A stretch of DNA of 64,000 nucleotides from Nitrospirota bacterium (GTDB taxonomy: Bacteria > Nitrospirota > UBA9217), in the NCBI GenBank assembly GCA_963796285.1, contig CAWCKW010000012.1, positions 736,001 to 800,000 of the forward strand, in the 5' to 3' direction. The position numbers and the translations under genes are program-made. Under the pieces are notes generated by a model that was not told the DNA's origin, ran no database searches, and was given only the letters and a program-made list of their open reading frames with translations. How positions within the stretch are numbered: position 1 is the stretch's first letter; every line of letters begins with the position of its first letter. Shown piece by piece: positions 29,190-39,719 of the stretch.

Positions 29190-30155
29190 ATGAATACCTT
29201 TTCCGTTAATCTGACCATAGAAAACGAACAATCCCTGCCAAGCCTCTACGGTGACATGGACAAAAATCTCAGGCTGATCGAGAATACCTATGGAGTGATC
29301 CTGCACGCCCGAGGGAACAGGATCCAGATCGAAGGCGACGAGAAAACGGTTTCGAAAGTCGAGCATCTTATCAGACAGCTTGCCGATATGCTGGCGCAGG
29401 GAATCATTGTCCAGAAAGACGACGTAAAAGACGCAATCCAGGCCTTTTCCTCCAATTCATCCTCTACCTTGAAAGACATATTTCAGAAAACGATCCCCGT
29501 CTCGAGCAGAAAGCGTCCTGTTACGCCGAAGAACGAAACCCAGCGCGGATACATAGAGGCGATCAGGCAATACGATATCGTGTTCGGCATAGGACCGGCC
29601 GGCACGGGTAAAACCTATCTTGCCATGGCCACGGCTGTGTCCGCGCTCCTGCGGCGAGAGGTAAGCAGGATCATCCTCGTACGCCCTGCCGTGGAGGCGG
29701 GTGAGAAGCTCGGATTCCTGCCAGGCGACCTTTACGAGAAGATCAATCCCTATCTGCGTCCGCTGTATGATGCGCTTTACGACATGATCGAGACGGAAAA
29801 AGCGAACAAACTCGTAGAGCGCGGGGACATCGAGATCGCGCCGCTGGCCTTCATGCGCGGACGCACGCTGAACGACTCCTTCATCATCCTGGATGAGGCG
29901 CAGAACACAACGATGGAACAGATGAAAATGTTCCTCACCCGGCTCGGGTTCAACTCAAAGACCGTTATCACCGGCGATATCACCCAGGTCGACCTCCCTC
30001 GTGACAGGAGTTCCGGTCTCGTCGAGGCGCAGAAGATCCTCGAGGGCATTGAAGACATCCGGTTCGTCTATTTTACGAACAAAGATGTGGTGCGCCACAA
30101 ACTGGTGCAGCAGATCATCAGGGCATACGAACAGTATGAGGCAGCGGATGAATAG
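29190..30155 (+). CDS. phoH: PhoH family ATPase
   Basis: GPAGTGKTYLA, RPAVEAGEKLGFLPGD, AFMRGRTL, LDEAQN, DVVRH. Confidence 0.96.
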   Translation: MNTFSVNLTIENEQSLPSLYGDMDKNLRLIENTYGVILHARGNRIQIEGDEKTVSKVEHLIRQLADMLAQGIIVQKDDVKDAIQAFSSNSSSTLKDIFQKTIPVSSRKRPVTPKNETQRGYIEAIRQYDIVFGIGPAGTGKTYLAMATAVSALLRREVSRIILVRPAVEAGEKLGFLPGDLYEKINPYLRPLYDALYDMIETEKANKLVERGDIEIAPLAFMRGRTLNDSFIILDEAQNTTMEQMKMFLTRLGFNSKTVITGDITQVDLPRDRSSGLVEAQKILEGIEDIRFVYFTNKDVVRHKLVQQIIRAYEQYEAADE

Positions 30156-31942
30156 CAGCGATAAAACAGCGGCGAGGCTACTGACCAAGCCCCAAGACCA
30201 GGATCACGACGGTGATGGTGTACTTGAAAGCCGCTTTCCTTCAGTCCGGATACTTAATATCGCAGTAGCCCTGGTGACTGCGGCCATTCTCGCCTTTGTG
30301 TTGCTTCCGCGGATCCCACTGCTGGAAGAGGGTGAGATAGCCATCAGCAATATCATAGCGCCGCAAACCCTGTATATCGAAGACCAGGGGTCTGACCAAA
30401 CTTCGATTTCGTTCAAGGTGAATAAGGGAGAGCTGATCGTTGGAGCAGGGCAGCGGGTAACGAAACGGGAGGAACGGATCCTCCAGGAAACCGCACATTT
30501 GGAAGGCATTGGCAAGCAGCTCGATGTCTATTTCGGCCTGTGCGTGTTCATCCTGATATTCCTCTACCTGTTCTACCGGGACATCAAGCGGTACCGGCCG
30601 GCGCTCATTGCTGACAGAAAAAAGATCGTGCTCCTCGCTGTCCTCCTGTTGGTGACGGTCATACTGTCGTACGCGGGGATATTCGTATTGTCGCTTGTTG
30701 CAAATAAGCTGCATCTTGATATCATGACGATCGGCTTCGTGCTTCCCGTGGCCGCGGGCGCTATGCTGACAAGCCTGTTGCTCGATTTCCATCTCGCCCT
30801 GGGATTCTCCTTTGTCGTCAGCATCCTGCTCGGCATCCTGTTCCCGGGTGAACCATTCATACCGGCCTACTACTTCCTGGGCAGCATCACGGCCGCGCTC
30901 AGCGTTATCCGGTGCAAGAAGCGGACAGCCCTATTGAAGGCAGGGGCATTGACGGCACTCGTCAACCTCTTGTCCATCATCGGAATTGACCTGTTCCGGG
31001 GGGAGCTCTTGAACCGCGGCATCTACGACCTGACCGCGGGTGTGCTCGGCGCCATCGCCGTGTCAACGATCGTCTCAGCGTTACTGCCGTTCTTTGAAAC
31101 GGTGTTCGACATCGCCACGGACATCAAGCTGCTGGAATTCCTTGATCCCAACCAACCGCTGCTCAAAGAGCTGGTGTATAAGAGTCCAGGGACCTACCAC
31201 CACAGCATTCTCATAGGAAACCTGGCCGAGGCAGCCGCCGAAGCGATCGGCGAGAACCCCACCCTTGCACGCGTCGGGTCCTACTACCACGATATCGGGA
31301 AGATCCACAAACCCGAGTATTTTATCGAGAACCAGCGGCCCACGGAGAACAAGCATGATCGCCTCATGCCGTCGATGAGCAGCCTGGTCATCGCGGCTCA
31401 CGTCAAAGAAGGAGTGGAGGTCGCCCGCGCGCACCGACTTCCGACCCAGATCATCGACATCATTCAGCAGCATCACGGCACCTCGCTTGATCACATATTT
31501 CTACCAGAAAGCGAAAGAGCTCCAGCCGTTCTCTCCCATCGCCGAGGAAGACTACCGCTATCCCGGACCCCGTCCAAGGACGAAGGTGGCCGCCATCGTC
31601 ATGCTGTCCGACTCCGTCGAGGCTGCTTCCCGGACCCTCGACAATCCGACACTCGATCGAATCCAGATGCTGACGAACAGCGTCATCACCCGCTTTTTTA
31701 TCGACGACCAGCTGAGCATGTGCGACCTTACGCTCAATGACCTGCGGGTCATATCCAAGAGCTTCAATCTCGTCCTGACCGGCAGCTTTCACCAACGGAT
31801 CGACTATCCCGGTATGGATTTCAAAGGAGACAAGAAACACAGTGAACATCAGGATAAAAAACACCCTCAGGAAAAGAAGGCTGCCAACTACGGCACTCCT
31901 GAAAAGGCTCACGAAGCTGCTGCGGAGTCTCGGTCTTCCTGA
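30148..31942 (+). CDS. 7TM-HD phosphohydrolase (PgpH-like), apparent +1 frameshift near 31488
   Basis: Multiple TM helices, then PGTYHHS, YYHDIGK, YFIENQ, QHHGTS/LITYFY, YRYPGPRP, MLSDSVEAASR. Confidence 0.88.
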
Positions 31943-32279
31943 TGCCGAGTTGAGCATACTGTTCATCGGCGACCGGGCCATGCGCACCCTCAATCATACG
32001 TGGCGCGGCAAGGACAGTACCACGGACGTCCTGTCGTTCCCGCTGCGCGAGGGGAGGTTCCCCCATATCCAGCCTGAAATGCTCGGTGATATCGTGATCT
32101 CCCTCCCGGTCGCTGCGCGCCAGGCCGCTGAAGCAGGACATCCTCTGAACGTTGAGCTCGAACGACTGCTCGTTCATGGGCTGCTCCATTTGCTCGGCTA
32201 CGATCATGAACAAGGCCTCTTGGAAGCGCGTCGCATGAAGCGGAAGGAGCAGCGGCTCCTGAAGTCGCTTGCCGCATGA
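31842..32279 (+). CDS. ybeY: rRNA maturation endoribonuclease YbeY
   Basis: LN..WRGKD.TTDVLSF, LGDIVIS, HGLLHLLGYDH. Confidence 0.95.
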   Translation: MNIRIKNTLRKRRLPTTALLKRLTKLLRSLGLPDAELSILFIGDRAMRTLNHTWRGKDSTTDVLSFPLREGRFPHIQPEMLGDIVISLPVAARQAAEAGHPLNVELERLLVHGLLHLLGYDHEQGLLEARRMKRKEQRLLKSLAA

Positions 32280-32977
32280 AGCCAAAGAACTGGGTGCAGC
32301 GCGCAAATGTGGCGATCGAAGGGATCATTTATGCCGTCAAGACCCAGCGGCATATGCGCTACCATCTCTTTGCAGCGCTGGCTGCTCTCATCCTTGGTCT
32401 TGTCCTGAACATATCCCGAAGCGAATTTATCCTGCTCTGCATGTCGATCGTGCTCGTCCTCGTCACCGAGATGCTGAACACTGCCATCGAGACGACGGTG
32501 GACATGATCTCCGAGAAATATCATCCCCTGGCGAAGAATGCCAAGGACATCGCCGCCGGTGTGGTGCTCATTGCCTCCATCGGGGCTCTGATGCTCGCGT
32601 ATCTTATTCTGTACCCGGCGCTCAAGGCAGCGGTCGCGGCGGAGCACTGGCAAATACGAAAGACGCCGAACGACGTTGTGGCCTTCGTTGCACTCGCTGT
32701 CGTCATCATTCTGGTCATCATCCTCAAGGCTTTTCTCGGCAAGGGGGAGCCGCTCCGGGGCGGAATGCCGAGCGGTCATGCCGCGGTCTCCTTTTCCCTA
32801 TGGATCGCTGCGTTGTATCTGACGAACTCGCTCCCGATCGTTATCCTGACCTTCCTGCTTGCCGTCCTGGTGAGCTGGAGCAGGTGGTCGTCCGGCATTC
32901 ACCGGCCCATCGAGGTGATTGCCGGCGCTCTGCTCGGTGCAGGGGTGACTTTTCTTTTTTTCCGGATGTTCAGTTGA
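32276..32977 (+). CDS. dgkA: DgkA-family (diacylglycerol/undecaprenol) kinase fused to a PAP2 domain
   Basis: EMLNTAIE, AKDIAAG; C-terminal GGMPSGH, SR..SGIH...EV..G. Confidence 0.88.
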   Translation: MKPKNWVQRANVAIEGIIYAVKTQRHMRYHLFAALAALILGLVLNISRSEFILLCMSIVLVLVTEMLNTAIETTVDMISEKYHPLAKNAKDIAAGVVLIASIGALMLAYLILYPALKAAVAAEHWQIRKTPNDVVAFVALAVVIILVIILKAFLGKGEPLRGGMPSGHAAVSFSLWIAALYLTNSLPIVILTFLLAVLVSWSRWSSGIHRPIEVIAGALLGAGVTFLFFRMFS

Positions 32978-33046
32978 GAGGCGGGAGCGACAACGTTTCA
33001 GAAACGAGAGGTCGACACCCGAGACGATGTATCGCTGGAGGATTGT

Positions 33047-33400
33047 TTGATCAAACAGATATTGAACGACCTGGTAGCCGCGGTAAATGGGGCGAAGACA
33101 GCGATCTTTCTTGATGGCGAAGGGGAGACCATTTCACAGTCAGGAGACCACGACATCGATGTGCAGCTGATCGGCGCGTGGAAGGAGATCGAGCTCGACC
33201 GGATCAAGGATATCAGTAAACGTCTCAAACTGGGAGAAGTCCACGCGGTACTGTTCTCGCTGGACCAGTTGAACGAACTGGTGGTCCCGGTGGCGGATGA
33301 GTATTGCCTGCTGCTCCTGCTGTCGGCCTACGCCAGTATCCAGGACGCCATGACCGGTGTAAAGAACACCATCGAACGGTTGAAGATAGAGATCGGGTGA
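33047..33400 (+). CDS. Roadblock/LC7 (MglB-like) domain protein
   Basis: ILNDLVAAVNGAKTAIFLDGEGETI, ~117 aa with a roadblock-type pattern; RBS GGAGG. Confidence 0.65.
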   Translation: MIKQILNDLVAAVNGAKTAIFLDGEGETISQSGDHDIDVQLIGAWKEIELDRIKDISKRLKLGEVHAVLFSLDQLNELVVPVADEYCLLLLLSAYASIQDAMTGVKNTIERLKIEIG

Positions 33401-33417
33401 CCCTTCTGCAGACACTG

Positions 33418-34398
33418 CTACAACTGATCGTACATCCCTAATTTTCTGAACTTCTCATATCTAAGCTTCACGAGCTCGTCAGAAGATGTGTTTTTTATCT
33501 CCGACAGGTTCCTTGTAATGGCTTCTTTGAGCAATTCCGCCGCTCTTCGCGCGTCACGGTGCGCCCCGCCGATCGGCTCCTCCACTACTTCATCGATCAC
33601 TTTCATATGGAAGAGGTCCTGCGCCGTGATCTTGAGCAGTTCTGCGGCCTCGCTCGCCTTGGCGCCGTTGTTCCAGAGGATGGCGGCACACCCTTCGGGG
33701 GAAATGACCGAGTAGGTAGCGTGTTCAAGCATGAGCACGCGGTCGGCAACTCCCAGGGCGAGCGCGCCACCGCTCCCGCCTTCGCCGATCACCACCGCAA
33801 CAATGGGGACCTTAAGCAGGGACATGACATACAGATTCCGGGCGATGGACTCACCCTGACCCCGTTCTTCCGCGCCAATACCCGGATAAGCGCCCTGGGT
33901 ATCGATGAACGTTATAATGGGTTTTTTGAACTTTTCCGCGAAACGCATCAGGCGCAATGCCTTTCGGTAGCCCTCGGGATTCGGCTGCCCGAAGTTGCGG
34001 TACACCCGTTCCTTGAGGGTCCTGCCTTTCTGGTGGCCGATGATCACGACCGGCATCCCGTCCAGTTTTGCCATCCCGCAGACGATGGCCGGGTCGTCGG
34101 CAAAGCCGCGGTCGCCATGCATTTCCGTGAAATCGGTGAGCATCGCTTCGATGTAGTCAAGGGTATAAGGGCGGTTCAGGTGGCGCGAGATCTGTACCTT
34201 CTGCCATGGCGACAGACGAGAATAGATCTCAGCCAGCAGCTGGTCGGATTTCTTTTGAAGCTTGAGGATCTCCTCTTCGAGGTCGATATTCCCATTCGAC
34301 GTGAAAAGCGTCAGTTCCTCGATCTTTTTTTCCAGGTCAGCGATCGGTTTTTCAAATTCGAGATATTCAGATGGCAAATCCTGCTCCTTAGCGTTCAC
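33418..34398 (-). CDS. accA: Acetyl-CoA carboxylase carboxyltransferase alpha subunit
   Basis: YLEFEKPI, RHLNRP, HGDR, PEGYRKA, AEERGQ, GEGGSGGAL. Confidence 0.98.
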   Translation of the reverse strand: MNAKEQDLPSEYLEFEKPIADLEKKIEELTLFTSNGNIDLEEEILKLQKKSDQLLAEIYSRLSPWQKVQISRHLNRPYTLDYIEAMLTDFTEMHGDRGFADDPAIVCGMAKLDGMPVVIIGHQKGRTLKERVYRNFGQPNPEGYRKALRLMRFAEKFKKPIITFIDTQGAYPGIGAEERGQGESIARNLYVMSLLKVPIVAVVIGEGGSGGALALGVADRVLMLEHATYSVISPEGCAAILWNNGAKASEAAELLKITAQDLFHMKVIDEVVEEPIGGAHRDARRAAELLKEAITRNLSEIKNTSSDELVKLRYEKFRKLGMYDQL

Positions 34399-34472
34399 TG
34401 AATGACTTTAAAAAGACATATGCCGCTCATGTTGACACGGCAAAAGGACTGATCACATTTTAATGGCGACTT

Positions 34473-34501
34473 ATTATCGGATATTAAAGGGCCATTGTCA
34501 A
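34473..34501 (-). promoter_or_regulatory. sigma70-type promoter for accA
   Basis: Minus strand TTGACA-N17-GATAAT. Confidence 0.6.
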
Positions 34502-34982
34502 GGGATTGTTAAATAACTCGATGTCAGTGGAGGAAACCATCTGTCTGAGCACCAAAACCTGACGCGATGATGGGTATCAAGACGACCACCGTCTGTGTCA
34601 GTGGGAAATCGAATGCTCGTACGTAGTTTTTAAGTTCAATTAGCAGGGACGAGGGAGCATACACAACGAACCTAGGTAGCACCCCGAAAGCCCATCTAAT
34701 TTCTTGCCTTTTAGCCTCTTTTATAGTAACTTCATCGGTGGCGGATACAGACACCATCAGACAGGTAAGGCATATGACAGATGTCAGTGGTCACCGCTCA
34801 AGCCGTGTATCAAGCCGCAGCAGCCGTTTACTTTTCGTTGTGCACTGCGACTCTACTGGTCTGTTCACAAACTCCAGAGGATACGCCTGTACCTGAGATA
34901 ATCAGAGCGGCATCTAACGAAAACGACCCTTGTCCCGTACACCATTCTGTCATGGATGATCTAACAGGAGGATAGTGCTCGC

Positions 34983-35315
34983 ATGGAACTAGATATACGT
35001 TTGGAGAAAGAATCACTGTCGATCACCATCGAAGACCCTTTTCGCATTGACTTTGATGCCCTTGTCGGGAAAATCGATGATTTTCTCGCTCCCAAGGGTG
35101 TGAAAATGGACAATCTGGACGTCCGCGGACTTTTGCCGCGCATGGTCAAGGGCATCGCAGGGTGCGAGGCCGGTTGTCCTTCTGATGCCAAGAGTGTTGT
35201 CAAAAAAGGATATAATAATTTCAAACTAGAATATATCGAAGGAGGCATTCTTTCCGCGACAGCGCATGTCGGGCAGGGGAAAACGATATCGCTAAAGCTA
35301 TTCCCGGATTTTTAA
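34983..35315 (+). CDS. Hypothetical protein with a GCEAGCP (CxxxC) motif
   Basis: 110-aa ORF with RBS AGGAGG and protein-like composition; family not recognised. Confidence 0.75.
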   Translation: MELDIRLEKESLSITIEDPFRIDFDALVGKIDDFLAPKGVKMDNLDVRGLLPRMVKGIAGCEAGCPSDAKSVVKKGYNNFKLEYIEGGILSATAHVGQGKTISLKLFPDF

Positions 35316-35592
35316 AGTCTGAGTCTTCCGGGAACGAACAAGAAGAACGTTACATCCAGCCGACCGTATCCTCTATCTCGGTATTTCGTTGAGTTACAAT
35401 ATAGGCGTTCATTTCTTATCCTGATTGCTTTCCCTGCCGTTTTCCGACCTATGCAGTCCGGAAGCGGTCATAAGAACCAGGAAAACAACATGTTCCCGCG
35501 GACCACAATGGGCGCTTGAAGTTTGCATAAAACTTGTGATAAGATATACTGACGTCACAATTGAATTCTATCAACAGGAGGAAAACATTATT

Positions 35593-36591
35593 ATGGAAAA
35601 GGTATCATACAAGGATATCGGTCTCGTCACGACAACTGAGATGTTTGCGAAGGCGATGAAAGGTAAGTATGCCATTCCCGCGTATAACTTTAACAACATG
35701 GAGCAGCTTCAGGCAATCGTCATGGGATGCGTGGAATCGAAATCGCCATTCATCCTGCAGGTCTCGAGCGGGGCGAGGAAGTACGCAAACCAGACCCTCC
35801 TGCGGTTCCTGGCTATGGGCGCTGTAGGGATGATCAACGATGCCGGTTCACCGGTAAAATTTTCGCTGCACCTCGATCATGGCGACACGTTCGAGCTCTG
35901 CAAGTCCTGCATCGATACGGGCTTTTCATCGGTCATGATCGACGGGTCCCATCATTCGTACGACGATAACGTGAAGCTGACCAAACAGGTGGTCGAATAC
36001 GCCCACGCCAACAATGTCGTTGTTGAAGGAGAATTGGGCCAACTTGCGGGCATTGAGGACGCGGTTTCGGCAGAGAAGTCCACCTATACGAGACCGGAGG
36101 AGGTCGAGGACTTTGTGAAGAAGACGAACGTCGATTCCCTGGCCATCTCGATCGGCACCTCTCACGGCGCCATGAAGTTCAAACCAGCGCAGTGCACGCG
36201 CGACTCGCGGGGAGTCCTGGTCCCTCCGCCGCTCAGGTTCGACATTCTTGAAGAGATCGAGAAGCGTATCCCCGGTTTCCCGATCGTGCTGCACGGGGCA
36301 TCGTCGGTCATCCCCGAGTACGTCGAGATCATCAACAAGAACGGCGGGGCGTTGAAGGACGCCGTTGGAATCCCCGAGGAACAGCTCAGGAAGGCGGCGC
36401 GGAGCGCCGTGTGCAAGGTGAACATCGACAGTGACGGCCGCCTCGCGATGACGGCGATGATCCGAAAAACCCTGGCAGAAAAACCAGCGGAGTTCGATCC
36501 GAGAAAGTACCTGGGCCCTGCACGAGACGAGTTGATCAAAATGATCATCCATAAAAACAAGAATGTGCTGGGCTCGGCTGGGCAGGCGTAG
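35593..36591 (+). CDS. fba: Class II fructose-1,6-bisphosphate aldolase
   Basis: LHLDHG, SSVMIDGS, VEGELG, GTSHG, VLHGAS, KVNIDSD, FDPRKYL. Confidence 0.96.
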   Translation: MEKVSYKDIGLVTTTEMFAKAMKGKYAIPAYNFNNMEQLQAIVMGCVESKSPFILQVSSGARKYANQTLLRFLAMGAVGMINDAGSPVKFSLHLDHGDTFELCKSCIDTGFSSVMIDGSHHSYDDNVKLTKQVVEYAHANNVVVEGELGQLAGIEDAVSAEKSTYTRPEEVEDFVKKTNVDSLAISIGTSHGAMKFKPAQCTRDSRGVLVPPPLRFDILEEIEKRIPGFPIVLHGASSVIPEYVEIINKNGGALKDAVGIPEEQLRKAARSAVCKVNIDSDGRLAMTAMIRKTLAEKPAEFDPRKYLGPARDELIKMIIHKNKNVLGSAGQA

Positions 36592-36621
36592 TCTCCTGTC
36601 CGTGCAGAAATACATCACGAT

Positions 36622-36666
36622 CAGCTGTTGAAAGGCAAGGTGCTTTTTAACGGCTGTCCTTTTTTC
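36622..36666 (+). terminator. Intrinsic terminator after fba
   Basis: CAGCTGTTGAAAGGC-AAGGT-GCTTTTTAACGGCTG then TCCTTTTTTT. Confidence 0.65.
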
Positions 36667-36739
36667 TGGAGCTAGGAATTGGTCGCGGAGCTTGCAGACC
36701 TCATCGAGTGGGAGGAACTAGGGAGAAAGGCCTTTTCTC

Positions 36740-37459
36740 GTGGAGAAACTCACCAAAAGAGATGTCCTCATGCTGGCCTCGTCAACCGGGGACGCTTCGA
36801 ACTGCGACCTCTCAGGAGTCAATCTGAACGGCATGGAACTCCTCGGACTTCGTTTCGATGGGTCGAATTTCAAGGGCGCGAGCTTGAGCAGTGCAAATAT
36901 GAGCGGGTCGAGCTTTAAAAACTGCGGCCTGTCCGGATGCAACCTGAGCAGCTCGAACTTCACCGGGGCTTTGTTCAACGGGGCGAATCTCGAACAGGCC
37001 GATCTCACGTTTTCCACCTTTGTGTCCGCTGATTTCTCTGAAGCGCGTCTCATGGGCGCCAATTTCACAAATTCGAAGCTCTCCGCTGCAATCTTCGAAA
37101 AGGCCGACCTCACCAATGCGAATCTCCAGATGACTGATGCCGGAAAGATCAGGTGCGGGGGTGCGGTGTTGGTGAAGATCCATGCACGCAGTTCAAGCAT
37201 GATCGGCGCTGATCTTTCGGGATGTAATATGCGGGGTGCGAACTTTCATGGGACGGACCTGAGTGTCGCAATCCTCGCTTCTGCTGATCTGAGGGATGCG
37301 GACATGCTTGATGCGACTCTCACGGCCGCTGATCTGACAAATGCGGACCTGCGCAACGCCCGCGTTAAACGGACTGACCTTACCCGCGCGATACTCAGAA
37401 ATTTACAGTATGATGAAGAATTGAAGGAATTGATATCAAGATATGACCGGAACAAATAA
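36740..37459 (+). CDS. Pentapeptide repeat protein
   Basis: Continuous A(D/N)Lxx pentapeptides. Confidence 0.92.
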   Translation: MEKLTKRDVLMLASSTGDASNCDLSGVNLNGMELLGLRFDGSNFKGASLSSANMSGSSFKNCGLSGCNLSSSNFTGALFNGANLEQADLTFSTFVSADFSEARLMGANFTNSKLSAAIFEKADLTNANLQMTDAGKIRCGGAVLVKIHARSSSMIGADLSGCNMRGANFHGTDLSVAILASADLRDADMLDATLTAADLTNADLRNARVKRTDLTRAILRNLQYDEELKELISRYDRNK

Positions 37460-37558
37460 TAAAGCCTGACTTCAGGGAACCTGCTGCGACGTATTGGATT
37501 GTCTCGATGTTTCACCGAACAGGACCTGCATTTGCGCACCAGCATCGAAACCGCTCTT

Positions 37559-38023
37559 TCAAGGTTTATTGTTCTGACTCCATGAGTTTGCGCCCTTTTC
37601 ACCACGGGGTACAATCATCCCTCTCCCTAAGCTTGTATCCTCTTTTATGTATTCGATCATCATTTTGACGATCTTTTCCAGGTCCTTGAGCGGTTCGCGA
37701 GGTCCGGATTGTGCAGCATGTTCGTCAACACTGAGTGCCGCATCATGGGGCAGGGGAACAAATCGAATGCCCGACCGGTATTGAGTCCCCACTTGTTTGC
37801 TCCAAAGCAACACACCGCTGTGTTGACCCCATATTCTGTCCTTGAACAACACAAAACCGGGTTCCATAGGCATATTCGATTCGATGCCTACTCCGCTCCT
37901 GCTTATGTCCACTATCTGACCATGATGATCAGTACGGTCAAGCTCTTTGAACTTGATAACGTCCATGGCACAGTCCCGCTTTACCAGGATCGGTTGTCTT
38001 TGTGAATGCCTATTGTCTTGCAT
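37559..38023 (-). CDS. PilZ-like domain protein
   Basis: RHSQR (RxxxR), DISRSG (DxSxxG), GIRF. Confidence 0.7.
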   Translation of the reverse strand: MQDNRHSQRQPILVKRDCAMDVIKFKELDRTDHHGQIVDISRSGVGIESNMPMEPGFVLFKDRIWGQHSGVLLWSKQVGTQYRSGIRFVPLPHDAALSVDEHAAQSGPREPLKDLEKIVKMMIEYIKEDTSLGRGMIVPRGEKGANSWSQNNKP

Positions 38024-38210
38024 TTTTTTATTATACAGAAAAACTCGATAAAGTGAAGCTAATTTATTCATCTCTTCGAAATATTTGCGATATAGAATAG
38101 TCATGACAACTGATGGATAATGTAGTAAAGTAAATAATGAAACCAAGGCGTTCTTCCAGATACTTTTGTCTTACCTATGCGCTGGTTCATGCGAAATGTA
38201 TGGAGATATC

Positions 38211-39719
38211 ATGAAAATCCTGCTCGTTTATCCGCAATACCCGGTGACGTTCTGGAGTTTTAAGTATGCCTTGAAGTTCATTTCAAAAAATGCGAGCCTT
38301 CCACCATTGGGGCTGCTGACCGTAGCAGCCATGCTGCCAGCAGAATGGGAGGTGCGTCTCGTTGACAAGAACGTGAAGACACTTTCGGACGCTGACCTTC
38401 GCTGGGCCGATTATGTTTTTTTAAGTGCCATGTCCATCCAGCGCGAATCAGCCGAGAGGATCATTCTCCGATGCAAGTCACTCGGCGTCAAAATGATCGC
38501 CGGCGGTCCTCTATTCACGTCTTTGCCGGAAGAGTTCAGCAATATTGACCATCTCATTCTGAACGAGGCGGAGATCACTCTCCCGCTTTTCCTCGCAGAC
38601 CTGAAGGAAGGAAGGGCGCGCCATATATATACGTCCCCCCTATGGGCGGACCTTGCTACCACGCCGGTACCAAGGTTCGACCTCCTGGACAAAAAAAGAT
38701 ACGCTTCCATGAACATCCAGTATTCGCGGGGCTGTCCTTTTGATTGCGACTTCTGCAATATCACCGTGCTTTACGGCCGTATGCCGCGTACCAAGACTGC
38801 CTCTCAGGTCATTACTGAGCTGGATGACCTCTATACCCGGGGATGGCGGGGAAGCGTGTTCATTGTCGACGACAATTTCATCGGTAACAAGGGGAAGCTC
38901 AAGAAGGAGGTCCTTCCGGCCATCATCGCCTGGATGGAGAAGCGAAAGCATCCTTTTGCGCTCTACACGGAAGCATCGATCAATCTTGCGGACGACGCGG
39001 AACTGATGAAGCTTATGGTCAGGGCCGGGTTTGATCAGGTTTTTATAGGCATTGAATCGCCTAATGATGAAAGCCTTGCCGAGTGCAGCAAGCTCCAGAA
39101 CCGCAACCGTGACCTCGTCGCCTGTGTCAGGAAGATTCAGCAGGCTGGAATGGAGGTCCAGGCGGGATTTATCGTTGGGTTTGACAAAGACCCGGCAATG
39201 ATATTCGAACGCTTGATCGAGTTCATTCAGGAGAGCGGGATCGTGACCGCGATGGTCGGCTTATTAAACGCACCGCACGGCACCAAACTCTACGATCGCA
39301 TGAAGGAGGAGGGGAGACTCGTGAAATCTCAGACCGGCGACAATACGGACTTCTCGATAAACTTCATCCCGAAGATGAGCCACGAAGCGCTTCTCGCCGG
39401 CTATAACTCAATCCTGAAAACGATCTATTCACCGAAACACTATTACGCGCGGATAAAAACATTTTTGAAGGGACACCATCCTGCACGGGCACGCTCAGGA
39501 AGTCTCCGGCTCAATTATGTCATGGCCGGCTTCAAGTCCGCGATACGGCTCGGCATCATCGGCAAGGAGCGGTACCAGTACTGGAAGCTGTTCTTCTGGT
39601 CCCTTTTCAGAAGGCCGAGGCTCTTTCCGCTCGCGATAACCCTCGCGATCTACGGATTCCACTTCCGGAAGGTATTCAGAGAGCACGAAAAAGCTTTCCG
39701 TGCGGGCATTGCGCGGTAG
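38211..39719 (+). CDS. B12-binding radical SAM protein (DUF4070-type C-terminus)
   Basis: PPLGLLTVAA, SRGCPFDCDFC, FIVDDNFIGN, GIES, GFIVGFD. Confidence 0.92.
   Translation: MKILLVYPQYPVTFWSFKYALKFISKNASLPPLGLLTVAAMLPAEWEVRLVDKNVKTLSDADLRWADYVFLSAMSIQRESAERIILRCKSLGVKMIAGGPLFTSLPEEFSNIDHLILNEAEITLPLFLADLKEGRARHIYTSPLWADLATTPVPRFDLLDKKRYASMNIQYSRGCPFDCDFCNITVLYGRMPRTKTASQVITELDDLYTRGWRGSVFIVDDNFIGNKGKLKKEVLPAIIAWMEKRKHPFALYTEASINLADDAELMKLMVRAGFDQVFIGIESPNDESLAECSKLQNRNRDLVACVRKIQQAGMEVQAGFIVGFDKDPAMIFERLIEFIQESGIVTAMVGLLNAPHGTKLYDRMKEEGRLVKSQTGDNTDFSINFIPKMSHEALLAGYNSILKTIYSPKHYYARIKTFLKGHHPARARSGSLRLNYVMAGFKSAIRLGIIGKERYQYWKLFFWSLFRRPRLFPLAITLAIYGFHFRKVFREHEKAFRAGIAR

Noticed and set aside
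34521-34975. Short ORFs (MSVEETI..., MSVVTAQ..., MTDVSGH...) as real peptides
   Set aside because: No recognisable motifs, weak RBS and competing frames; not excluded, but unsupported
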